From Diplonema japonicum (taxonomy: Eukaryota; Protista; Euglenozoa: Diplonemea), in assembly GCA_964019335.1 (NCBI GenBank), contig OZ025668.1, positions 620,001-684,000 on the forward strand: a stretch of 64,000 nt of DNA. Reading direction: 5' to 3'. Made by a program: the position numbers and the translations under genes. Within the stretch, counting starts at the first letter, position 1. The number at the start of each line of letters is the position of its first letter. Shown here in pieces: positions 44,001 through 54,238 of the stretch. Below the pieces are notes generated by a model that worked only from the letters and a program-made list of their open reading frames with translations, ran no database searches and was not told where the DNA came from.

Positions 44001-45515
44001 GGTTGCAGGTGCTGATGTACTCGGAGCAGAGGTTGCAGGAGCTGGCGTACTCGGAGCAAGGGTTGCAGGTGCTGGTGTATTCGGAGCCGAGGTTGCAGGT
44101 GCTGATGTACTCGGAGCAGAGGTTGCAGGTGCTGGAGTATCAGGTGCCGGTGTAGGAGGTGCACCTGTGGAGGGGGCAGTTGTGGGCGGTGCTGGAGTAC
44201 TCGGAGCAGAGGTTGCAGGAGCTGGTGTACTTGGAGAAGGGGTTGCAGGTGCTGGTGTACTCGGAGCAGAGGTTGCAGGAGTCGGCGTACTCGGAGCAGG
44301 GGTAGCAGGAGCTGGTGTGCTCGGAGCGGAGGTTGCAGGAGCTGGTGTACTCGGAGCAGGGGTTGCAGGAGCCGGCGTACTCGGAGCAGGGGTTGCAGGT
44401 GCTGGTGTATTCGGAGCAGAAGTTGCAGGTGCCGGCGTACTCGGAGCAGAGGTCACAGGTGTTGGTGTGCTCGGAGCAGGGGTTGCAGGTGCGGGAGTAT
44501 CAGGTGCCGGTGTAGGAGGTGCACCTGTGGAGGGGGCAGTTGTGGGAACAGCTGTGGGCGGGGCATTTGTTGGGGTGGCGGTGGGAACAGCTGTTGCTGG
44601 TGCCTCGGTTGGCGCGTGCGCCTTGCACTCCCACGTTACCTTGTACCCATATGGAACAATTGAAGCGCTGTTTGTTACTTTAATAATTGAGTCGCCTTTG
44701 CCACCCTTTGGAAGAGGCTTATTCGTGTTAAGGGCACTGAACGATCCCCCATGCACCGGACCATATTCACCAGCATCGTCCATGAAGATCACAAAGTCGC
44801 CGTCCACACAGTGTGCACCCATGCAGTTGGTAGGCGGGTCTGAGAACCAGAACTTATCCCACGTGAACTCAGCATACGGGCACACAATGCGATCACAGAT
44901 AATCTCGTACGCCCCGGGTTGCATCCCCCCAGAGTGGTCGATGGTGCCTGTCTGTCCCACAGTAGCCATCACGTCGCTCTCGTAGCCGTTGGGACAAGGC
45001 GTGACGGACTGGGGGGCACTGAATTCTACGTTCCAAGGAACAAGAGCTGTGACGCCGGTACTCACTAAATTGTGACAAATGTTCGCGCCTGACTTACATG
45101 TGTATTGCGTGTTGCCATTGAGGACTACGTTGTTGCATGCATTGTTCCCATTGCAGTAGAGGTCGCATTGCTGGCCACTCTGTGCTTGCAGTGAGTCACG
45201 ACATGACAGCTGTAACCCCGAGCATGTGTTAGTACCGTCGCACTTGACGCTTATAGACCCGAGGTACGCACTGTCCGACGCATCAATGACCCCTCCAGTG
45301 CACCCAGTGTCGCCACACAACACCAGACACGAATAGTGAGAACCTCCCATAATGGGGCAGTTGATAATCCCTGAGGAACATGCACCGGTGGCCGTGCAGT
45401 CAACAACACAATCATCGTAATTAGAGCACCCATTGATCGGGTCGGTGGTAGTCACTACGCACTGCGCATGTTGGACGGCAAATAGCAACAGGGCTATGTG
45501 CAATGCCTGCTCCAT
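41070..45515 (-). CDS. Large surface protein: signal peptide, Cys-rich domain, CUB-like region, Pro/Thr/Ala mucin stalk, multi-pass (~7-8 TM) C-terminus
   Basis: 1481-aa ORF with a hydrophobic N-terminus, ~450 aa of TPAP/TSAP repeats, multiple hydrophobic helices (e.g. FLVLLIFRPY) and a Ser-rich tail. Confidence 0.88.
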   Translation of the reverse strand: MEQALHIALLLFAVQHAQCVVTTTDPINGCSNYDDCVVDCTATGACSSGIINCPIMGGSHYSCLVLCGDTGCTGGVIDASDSAYLGSISVKCDGTNTCSGLQLSCRDSLQAQSGQQCDLYCNGNNACNNVVLNGNTQYTCKSGANICHNLVSTGVTALVPWNVEFSAPQSVTPCPNGYESDVMATVGQTGTIDHSGGMQPGAYEIICDRIVCPYAEFTWDKFWFSDPPTNCMGAHCVDGDFVIFMDDAGEYGPVHGGSFSALNTNKPLPKGGKGDSIIKVTNSASIVPYGYKVTWECKAHAPTEAPATAVPTATPTNAPPTAVPTTAPSTGAPPTPAPDTPAPATPAPSTPTPVTSAPSTPAPATSAPNTPAPATPAPSTPAPATPAPSTPAPATSAPSTPAPATPAPSTPTPATSAPSTPAPATPSPSTPAPATSAPSTPAPPTTAPSTGAPPTPAPDTPAPATSAPSTSAPATSAPNTPAPATLAPSTPAPATSAPSTSAPATSAPNSPAPDTLVPATPAPATSAPSTPAPPTAVPTTAPSTGAPPTPAPDTPAPATSAPNSPAPDTLVPATPAPATLVPDTSAPITSLPVTLTPDTLVPVTLVPNTLAPASPAPDTLSPLTSAPDTPAPGTLVPATSAPVTLEPDSSAPDTTPPNTFIPTLPPSTPLPDTQAPSTLVPLTTAPSTSAPDTQSPGTATAEPTSVPMTVPTAPPTAVPTAIPTNAPVTAVPPHLPTVTPTGAPTTPLTGAPTALPVTASPTAGPTQIPATSVVTATPTVVPPGYTAMPTVSPTPVPIPVATAIPTTSPTVPPSVATTDVPNFIPSSSPTTTPAAPDHCASLGEPTAEEYSKLTSQNIRTTGTLLQFTIPNLPRGVLSVVVSHSTGSAPSDTSAIWITTSVKTSSRGLLAVNGVVKAEMNETILQVTFRHEGYYATTAQSEDVAVHVFSGGQWCVFTCKLHGEVQTLDGTSEAETAAAGGLLVAGASAMLPPNPASVRAGGSLTRLTFVMEAMMCPGDGPEELSVMMNPLGMAIGGDYRQYHGALVGVVIICSVLGLLIGGAAYHIYSSGKARRHIKTITEEVQENVNKISTRGVWARARAGWLLIPIMFLQGSATVSASTILIYSSAISFKLLSVPVLILFTLLIPYRVGVSAGEADEFSRFVPFETKLKHVVWALWGDHEWIEKNEYDSDQWLSLNRLSFDAFRKGYCIYFLAFELTHISVMSLVSAWQPNTKEYCTMQVWLMMVLMVVFFLVLLIFRPYIAPYENVTEILLAGGETLALILILIAFKAETPIESNAAQAAGYIAQGCMWGTMVKFLIDFFVFIWDEWDKYKNVRSDGGCGGFLRWFLTPCLGPPTWAVQASGGVGTGGMRYERAEPLEEEMMTASLMRGMPMGASSSKDEFCSAHTDTSGGRSPRLFPTGTDFSTTPRQYPFPRTPLASNSLRVPPPRRKSSSFESQRSLSQNNLGHSDSQVFGTVVT
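43420..44600 (-). repeat. 15-bp unit coding minisatellite (xTPAP/xTSAP) with higher-order duplications
   Basis: gtactcggagcagaggttgcagg repeats throughout. The block TAPSTGAPPTPAPDTPAPAT recurs three times. Confidence 0.92.
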
Positions 45516-45559
45516 GTCCTGTGGTGCGGTGCAATAATAGAAGAATTAAGTAAAATGGA

Positions 45560-48500
45560 AAAGAAAGAGGGATGGGAAACATTACAACTTACTACGATGC
45601 CTGATGCTCCGTCGGCGGGGACGGCTGTCAACAAGGTTGTGAGGGAAGCCTAATGCACTGCTACAGCATGCCCTTCGTCTGAGGAGCAACAGGACACGTC
45701 GAGAACAAAGCACGAGAAAGGGCTAGTAAAGGTATTTATTATGTGGAAACACTGTGCAGTCCTGACATTGGGCAGCCCGACAAGGCCGTCCACTGCCATT
45801 CCACATCAGACGCTGAAAACACTGGAACAGGAATGGAATGGGGTTGTGTTTTCTTTCTTCTTTTTCTTTCTTTTTTTCATTCTTTTTTCTTTAATACAAC
45901 TGGCACATTGTTGCCCTACTGCCCTTGGAGACTCTCTTCCGTGTCATCCAGAGGGCCTCCTGTGCCATTAGCTGTTCGGGAAGTCATCTTGCGATTGAAC
46001 CCACACAACATGAGGAGACTAATTTGATTTGGCTGACAGATGGAAGTTGTTCTTTGCAGGAAGAGCTTCTAGGTTGCCACGACGGCTTTGTTCTCTCTTG
46101 GTTTTCTTCTTCTTTCCTCTCTTGTTTTCTTCGAAAAAGAAGAAGGAAGGAAGAAGAAAAATAAGGGGTCGAAAGGGGGGTTGGGTTGGTGTTTTATTTG
46201 TTTCCTTCTTGACCATGGAAGACGCCCATCACCTAGGGCACGTCTTCAATGGCGCAAAGGAAAAAGGGAGCGCATCGAGCTTTCCTCTCCATCCAGGGAA
46301 GGAAGCCTTTTGGAAGAACAATTTTTTTTTTCTGTTTGCTCCATCTGAGGCAAAGCATTTCCACTACAAAATCAGCCCAAACAACTCACGCTGTGAAGTG
46401 ACGGTGCAGACCTCAGGAGGGAAAAAAAAAGCTTGTGAGGAAGGGCTGAGCCCTTCCTGCGCTCTGGAGAGATGCAGGCGGGGGGTGGAGAAGGGAAAGA
46501 CAGACAGTTAAAGAAGGGGGGGGGGGGGGGGGGGGGGGGGCAGTCATTATGCAACACACACGATCACAAACAGGGAAAGGAAAAGATAAAGATAAAGAAG
46601 ACGTTTAAATGGAACAAAAAATAAAACCAGAAAAAAAAGGGGGGGGCCCCTCTTGACATGTTGTTTAATAAGCTTCACGAAGGCGCGAAAGAGAGGTGGG
46701 GGGAAATATTTTTCAGAAAAAAAAGGGAGAGAAAAAAAAGGGGTGGGGAGGGATTGTTCAGAAAAGGTGGTGTGTCGCAGTGGCAAGATAAACCTTCACT
46801 TCTACGGTGACACAACCTATAGCTGCACTTGCACACAACAAGAGGGAAAACGAAAAGAAAAACGGAAAAGAAAAAAGAAGCGAAGACAACGTACCACACC
46901 AGTCGCTCGTTGGGTCCCAGTGCAGTAGTCGCTTCAGGGGGTAAATGGATGAGCGCACCTACAGCCTCTTCCAAATCAATATCCTTTTTTACTTTACTTT
47001 AGTTCCCTTCCCAACCTCAGACGGGGCGGCTCGGTGGGGCGGTAGGGGCAGCTAACATGAAAGAAAAGAGGAAGGGAAAGGGGAAGGATCGTACCGTGGC
47101 AGGACGTGAACTGCCTGAAGGAGAAGCAAAATGTCTCATGTCACAGGCAGCTCACTCAAATTACCACTTTTTTTTACAAAGGCATCCCAAACTTGGCGTA
47201 TGCGAAAGTCTACAACAGAACCTTTGGGGAAGTTGACCCTCGAAAGGCCCTACACGTACACAGCAATCGGCCAGTGAAAGGGAAGGTCCTTTGTGGGTTG
47301 GGGCTAAAGGGGGGGGGGGGGGGGGGGTTTGAAGGGAACTTGACACGTAATAACAACTGGTGTCACGTACCGATCTACTGGAGCTCAGCCAAGCAGGGAA
47401 TAGAAAAGAAAAAAAAAGGGGGGTCGTAGAGGCTATTCTCTTGTATAAATATTAATTTATTATTTTGTCTCACATCTCTTGGTCTTCTCGCAGTTGGAAA
47501 GACCCTGCAGTACTGACATGAGGGAGACTTCTTCTGCAGCGATGACTCTTGGCTATAAAACCATCAATGTGATACCCCCCAACAAGGGAGAAACTAAACC
47601 AAAGAAAAAGATTGAAAATAAATTTAAGGACGAAATGGAAGAAGTTACAACAAAGAAGCCCCCTTTGAAAAAGAAAGGTAAGACAGCATACGTAGTTGTA
47701 AAGCGCTGAGCAGCGAGCCCTCCTGCCAGGAGCCCGAAGGCACCCTTCCCGGAAAGTTGCAAACCAGGAATTCTTTCCACTTTTTTCTTCTTCTTTTTTT
47801 TACAACACTATTTGGGGTAGAAAAAGGAAAGAAAAAACCTTTGAAAGTGTCAGGCGAAGGGTGGTAACAAGGGAAAAGAGAAAAAAAAAGAAGAAGAAGA
47901 AAGTGAAAAGGCGACACGGATACTCGGCAGTGCCTTGCCGCACTAAATAAAATAAAAGAAGAAGAAATGCTTGTTGAAAGGAGCCACGACACCACTCCTG
48001 TTGCGTCCGTGGGTGTGCCCAGGCAGTGTCCAGTAGGAACGCTCGGTGTGTGCTCTTGCCTTTAGCTCAAGGAGAAAGAAAGAAGACTTTCAAGATTTCT
48101 CATAAAAAACGGGGGTAAAACAAATGGATAGGAAGGAACAAGTAGAAGGGGAAGGGATGGGGCAAACAAAGAAAAGGGGGGACGAGGAGGAAGAGTAGAA
48201 GGAGAAAGAGAAAGAATGAAATATAGAAATACTGGTGCATTTTTTTTTTTTTTCTTCTTTTCTTCTTTTCTTCTCCTCCCCTCTCCTTTTTAGCTGGTGT
48301 TTACAGCTTGGTAAAAAGGACACTGAAAATTTCCGGTGAAAATCATCTTCTTCTTTTTTCAATCATATTTTCCTTACCGAGCAAGACGAGATGGTAACTA
48401 GTGTCTTTGAATCTTGCTCAGTGATAGTTTTCTGCAAACCAGGGGGGGGAGGTGGGAAACTACAAGCAGTGTGCATGCTCGTGTTTCCGCAGAAACCTCT

Positions 48501-48730
48501 AATAAACCAATCAAAGCTGTGCGCTTACTATTTATTTCAACAACAGTGTTATTAAACAACATGTACCCATGACGCTCGCAGAGCGACAGAGGAACAAGAC
48601 TAGACAGCGTGTCGCTGCATTAAACCATAACGGGTTGGGCCTGTGCGCAACTGAAGGTGCTAGGCATACCAAGAAAAGAGGAGGAGGGAAGGAAAAAAAG
48701 GGGGGTAAAACAAGGGGAGTGCCAGCTGCA
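45560..48730. other. ~3.2-kb non-coding region downstream of PI4K: homopolymer runs alternating with hairpins
   Basis: No credible ORF. Hairpins at 45600-45693, 46213-46252 and 46439-46457. Confidence 0.75.
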
Positions 48731-48737
48731 TGGCGGT

Positions 48738-49810
48738 TTAGTGGAGGACATCCCTCCAGTTCCCAGGTAGGCTGTGAGTATGAGTGTGTTATTCGTTTTC
48801 CCTTTTCCCTCTTGTTGTCCATACATGTCTGTGACCCTGTTGGCGAGCTTGTCGAAGTCGATCTCCGCAGCGGATGGACTGTCCAAAGCATTCCTACTTT
48901 CTGATATCAACAGCTCCAACCCGCTGGGTTCGTTGAGCCTCTCTCTCCTGTAGAAAGAAGCAATCTCGTACAACGTGAGCCCCTTGTTTGCAGCGATCTT
49001 CAGGCATATGTTCGCAGCCCTGAACAGGTCCACTGCCTCGTTCTCGATGCCTGCCTCGTGCAGCATCTCAACCTCTGCCTCGATGTCGATCGAGTTGATG
49101 TACTCCAGAGACGCCTCTGAGAGTGGCTCCTTCACTTGCTTCCACAGCTGCCACTCAAAGTCGAGATCCTCAATGGACATGGGGAATGTGTAGCCGTGGT
49201 CGATGGGGATCAATCTAGTGGAGGAGGGCTCCTTGCGGATCAGTATGTTCCCTCCGTGTCTGTCGCAGTTCAGGATCCTCAGGTCGAGGATAGCTATTTT
49301 GTGCGTGTCCTCGGTGTCGAAAAGAGCGGGACCGCAGTCCCACGACTGCCCGTCGTTCTGCACGAATCTCTGAACGGAGCACGTCACTGGTGCACTGCTG
49401 TCCCTGCTAAAGTACCTTGCCGGTAGCTCTTGTATCACTGTTTCAGGGACTCCTGCATGCTTTCCCAGCTGGTATGCCAGCTGTTCTCTGAGGTACCCCG
49501 TCCCGGGGTTGAACCCATTCTTTGCGACACTCCCTTCTTCACCGTTGGGGTTCCTTGTCATCCCTGCCTCCTCGTCGGCAGGCTTTACAACTCCCACCTT
49601 CTCGTACATGCGCTCGATGAAGTAGGTTCCGTTGACAGTGTCCTCATCCACACTTGCCAAGGACCCGCCAGCCGCCAGCACAAGGTCCACCTCGGTTTTA
49701 AGAGGCATCTTCAGTGTCGCGTCCAATCCAGGTGATGTACATCTGCTGGTTGCCTCAGAAGTGAGCCCCTCGGACTCACTTACAATGTCGACCTCCCTGG
49801 TGAACTTCAT
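48738..49810 (-). CDS. Type II phosphatidylinositol 4-kinase family protein (plant PI4K-gamma-like), 339 aa, 2 exons
   Basis: GTYF, VVKPADEE, REQLAYQL, GVPET, SVQRFV, HKIAILDLRILNCDRHGGNIL, LIPIDHG. Intron 48772-48824 (53 nt) gives C-terminus ..RVTDILPGNWRDVLH*. Confidence 0.9.
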
Positions 49811-49923
49811 ATTGTGTAGTGTATGTTGTAGTGGTGCAGCTATAAAGATAGCCAACCTGGAGTGTGATCTTAGTGTCAAGACGTAAAGCGCAGAATTATA
49901 TAATACAAGACAGGATACAACGC

Positions 49924-51860
49924 CTACGACACAGGCGGGGGTGGAGGGGGTGCTGTTTTTGGTGCAGGGGGGGGAGGTGCCTTTGGTGCAGCAGATGGTG
50001 CCGGAGGGGGTGCTTTTGGTGCAGGGGGGGGAGGTGCTTTTGGTGCAGCAGATGGTACCGGAGGGGGTGCTTTTGGTGCAGCAGGAGGAGGTGGTGCAAC
50101 GGGTGCTGCTGGAGGAGGTGGCGCTGCCTTTGCCGCAGGTGCCTTAGGTGCTTCTGATGGCTGAGAAGCATCAGTTTGCTTACTTTCCTTGTTGCTTTCC
50201 CACATTTCCGCAAGAGTATCCTTCTGTACCGTTTTGACACTCTTGAGCTGTGATGCATTGTATGGGTTGACTTGCCTGCAAAATAGCATACCTTTATCCC
50301 AGCTTTGAGATCGGCAAACAATGCACCCATATCTGCCTTCGGCTTCTTTTTTGGAGCAGCTGCCTTCGCTCGGGGCGGCGGCGGCGGTAGTGGTGCCCCT
50401 TTCCCAGGGGGTGGCGGAGGGGCACCCTTGCTCTGAGGCGGCGGCGGCGGCGGTGCTTCTTTCCCTGCAGGGGGCGGTGGTGGCAAGCCCTTAGCTGGTG
50501 GCGGAGGGGGTGTTGTCTTCACAGGAGTGGGTGGTGCCCTAGCCGGTGTTGGAGGCTGTTGGCTACGAACACTCGCCGACATCGGAGGGTGCGCGGGCGG
50601 GGGTGGCACAGCTGTGTTAGACAAGGTCGCACCCAGCCCTTGGCGTGTAATCTCCAAACCCCACGATGATTTACTCATTTCCAAATCAGGTGTTGTTCTC
50701 AAGAAGTCCGTGTGTGTGTGCTTGTTCCTGTCCTCGCCCCTTGGTGTTGGCAAAGGTGTGTTACCAACCTTGGGAGTGGGCACTGGGTTGGTGAGCGATG
50801 TGTGAGGCATCTTCTTTGAAATTGTTGACTTCGGTGGGAGTGCTGGCGGTTGCGTTCTGTTCCTGTTGCTCTTCTCGGCAGCGGTTCTGAAGTTGCTTGA
50901 CGCAGCAGGGGCTTTCAAGATAGCTATGGCACGTGCCACAACAGCGCGATTGACTAGCGATCCGACGGGTTTGAGCTTTTTTGGATGCAGATTTTTGTCG
51001 CACCTTTCGTTAAACAAAGCATCCCACTCCGTTTCGATCTCAGAATCAGTTTGATGTTTGACCGAGCTTCTCTCCATAAAGTAACCTTCAAAAGAAGAAG
51101 AAGAATAACCTCCACTAGACCTGCCTAACCTGACACCTGCTGTACGGCTGCCTATCATGTTAGGCGGCGGTGCGTTGTGTGTGCGAGAGCGTGGTGAATG
51201 CACGAGGGTGCGCATGTGCGTGTGTGTGCTGGTGTAAGGTGTCAGGTTCGTGGGGGGTGCGGGTGTCTGTATTGAAGCACCCGTTGGTGCATCTTTTTCG
51301 AAATCCAATGCATTAACCAGGGCTTTAGAAAAGCTTCTCACAGCACCACCTGTGAAGACTATGGGGGAGCTCACCGTCGTGGAGCACGTCAACGATATGA
51401 CTAGCTGGCTGTCAAGCACTGCAAGGTCGCCGATTATGTCATCCTCGATTGATAGGAAGATGTCCCCTTCAGGTCTGGTCACCACTGTGAAGCCACCACT
51501 GGGCGACAGGTAGGCAGAGACGTTCTTCTCGTGAGAGTTCACGGTCAGTATCTGAAGGTCGAAAACTTTGCCGCTGGGTTCCTGCTGCCTGGTTGCCTGC
51601 CGCTTCTCCTTCCTAATCTGTCGCAGGTCTTCCTCAGCCTTTTCCAAATCTCTTCGCATTTTGCTATTTTCTCGCCTTTCCCTCTGCAGATCTAAATAGT
51701 GTTTGGGTGACGATCTGGTAGGCGAAGCGTTCTTCGGCGAACTCTGGACAGGCGGGCTCCTGACCTGTTTGGGAGGTGCTATTTCGGTAAGCTGTGGTAT
51801 GAAGGCCCACGTCCACTCTCCAGAGTTGCACATCACCCATTTCCACTCCCCAGCGGCCAT
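49924..51860 (-). CDS. Proline-rich WH2-domain actin regulator (verprolin/WASP-like), 2 exons
   Basis: Removing intron 50248-50291 (44 nt) restores the WH2 motif DMGALFADLKAGIK|LKSVKT. Poly-Pro tracts; ~30-nt PPPAPKA repeats in the last exon. Confidence 0.8.
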
Positions 51861-52009
51861 TTTAACCTGAGTTGACTTGAATAAGTTGCTAGCAAGCACA
51901 AGGTTTACGTACTGGCCTCAGCACGAAAAATCTCGCAAGGTGCCCGTCGCTGTGAATGACAGAAGACCGTGTCTATAAAATGTGTAAGGGGTGGGGGTTT
52001 CTTTTAAAT

Positions 52010-52055
<46 letters not shown>

Positions 52056-52062
52056 GCCATTC

Positions 52063-52322
52063 TTAGTCACAGTCGGGACCGAAGCACCTATGCTTTGTGT
52101 AGATCTTGGGAGGGAGGGTGTCTCTGACCTCATCGGCCTTGACCATCCTGTGGGTGGAGTAAGTGGTTATTTGGTTTGAAACATACAGCTCGAACCCGAA
52201 GCTCCCAAGGAAGTCTAGTGTGTTAGGCAGAAACCCAGCGGTCTGAGTTAATGGTATTTTAGTTGGGCATGACAGACCTTCGCGAACCTGTTGTCCATCG
52301 TGTTCCACGTGTCGCCGCCCAT
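52063..52322 (-). CDS. 61-aa three-exon microprotein, function unknown
   Basis: Exons 52278-52322, 52187-52242, 52063-52147. Introns 52243-52277 (35) and 52148-52186 (39) match the local consensus. Product: MGGDTWNTMDNRFAKTAGFLPNTLDFLGSFGFELMVKADEVRDTLPPKIYTKHRCFGPDCD. Confidence 0.7.
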
Positions 52323-52671
52323 GTTTATGTACTGAGGTTGTGTGTGTAACCTGTCATGTCGTGTTAATCGTGGCAGATAAACAGCTTATGTAACGTGTAT
52401 ATATTCCACAATAAGAGTTCAAGGCGCAGAAAATGTGAAGGTGGCCTTTTATAGGAGCTTTGCTGTCAGCTGCCTTCGGGAAGAACAGACAAAAGAAACA
52501 GGAGAGGCAGAAAAAAGTAATCGAAAAGAGAAAAAATAGAAAACACAACACTCGAAGGAAGACAGGTGGTTTTCAGTAAGGTGACACCAGTCTTCAGGAA
52601 GATGCCGCAATGACAACAACGTGTTCGAATAACAAAAGAGAAACCGAATAACAAGAGAGCACAGTGACTGC

Positions 52672-53957
52672 TCACATGACGTAAAGGACTTCCTGGAGCC
52701 ACACGAGCATGGCCTGGTAGATCTCCTCACCAGAAGGGACAATCTGGTCGGGGGGGAGGACAAAGCTGGAGCCTGTGCGCATTAAATATTGTTTACAGGT
52801 TACATACCACGGAGTTCGAACGTGAAGCCACTGTACTCAGTGGTTTGCTCAGCAATCCAGTCCACAGCAAGGCCCGAGCAGCAGTACAGGTTGTACGCCT
52901 TGATGTTTTGGTATACCTGACCAGATTGCTGCCTGATAGCCTCGACCATCTTGGCACCACGGGCACCTTCGATCATGTCGTTGTTCGAGGGTTGCGCTGT
53001 CCAGCCGTACGGACGGAGGAGCAGGTTGCCGTAGGAGTGGAAGTCGTGCCCACCAAGAATGTGCTTGTTCTCAGACTTCAACTTCTCGAAGAAGTCCCTG
53101 ACAACTGCCGCCTCAGTGCCGGAGAAGGCGGCTGTGCCACGGTAGGTGTCCGAGGACGGAGCGGTCGATGCACCACACCCACCCCATGCAGAGTCCCAGT
53201 TCCTGTTCAAATCAGTACCAATGTATGAAGAACCGGCATTAGGCTGCCTGTTCTTCCTCCACATCCTGTTCGTCTCCCAAGAGTACTCGTACCCATCCCT
53301 GTTCAGGACAGGGGTCATGTACACCTGCGTATCGTGAAGGATTTTGGACACTACGGGGTTGCTGACCCTCTCTTGGAGGAGCTTCTGGGTGTAGTACATG
53401 CAGGTCATGGGGGCAATCCATTCCCTTGCATGGATACCACACTGGATCCACACAACGTGCTGGCTATCTTTGTTCCCGAAGTGAATGGCGTTGATGGGCT
53501 TTTGGAGGTTCGTCTGACCGATAGAGATCAGCGACACGTTAGCGTAAGTCTGGGAAATAGATTCAAGCTGCTTGTAGATCTCGTCGTAGTTGCGGAAGTC
53601 CTCGTAGAAGGTGGCAGGGTCGGCCACATCGAATACGGCCTTTGAGATCCTCTCCCTCTCCCTCTTGATGTCCTCCTCGAAGTCTGAGTGAAGAATCGTG
53701 TGGTTGAACTTCTTCAGAACAGCCCTCAGCTCATCCCCACCTCTGACGTCAACGTTGCCCTTCCACCCCGCTGGAACATACTCTGCCTCCATTGCATCGG
53801 GGTCCCACATGTCAACCTTGCCGTCGTCCTTCTTGCAATCCTTGCACGGGACTTGTGCGATCTCCTTCAAAACAGCAGCGCCAACATCCTCCAAGTGGGC
53901 GACAAAGGTAGAACTACCCACAGTGGCGAGAGCTAAGAGCAAGCCTGTTCTCAACAT
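52672..53957 (-). CDS. Secreted M14A zinc carboxypeptidase (416 aa, 2 exons)
   Basis: GIHAREW, RMWRKNR, GTDLNRNW, DFHSYG, FTFELR. Intron 52773-52807 (35 nt) restores GSSFVLPPDQIVPSGEE. Confidence 0.95.
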
Positions 53958-54238
53958 TTTAATGAGGCAAATAAGGTGACTATAGGAATTGAACAGAACG
54001 GTAGAGCAAAGGAAGAAAACTAAAAAAAAAGAAGAAGGGTTAAGGTTACTATTTATGTCTTATTTCAAAGAAGGGGTAAGTATTATATCTTCACGTGGGA
54101 TGTGAAGGTAAAAGGTAGGAACACTTTAAGCATATTTGTACCCAAAACCTCTATTTATAGGCTGCCGGTTGCCTTGTACTTATACCTGTGACTTGTTCAG
54201 GTATATAATCTATTGAGAAGGTGTATCCCTACACCTCC

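Noticed and set aside
43369-44985. 538-aa plus-strand GAGV-repeat ORF
   Set aside because: Antisense of the TPAP minisatellite.
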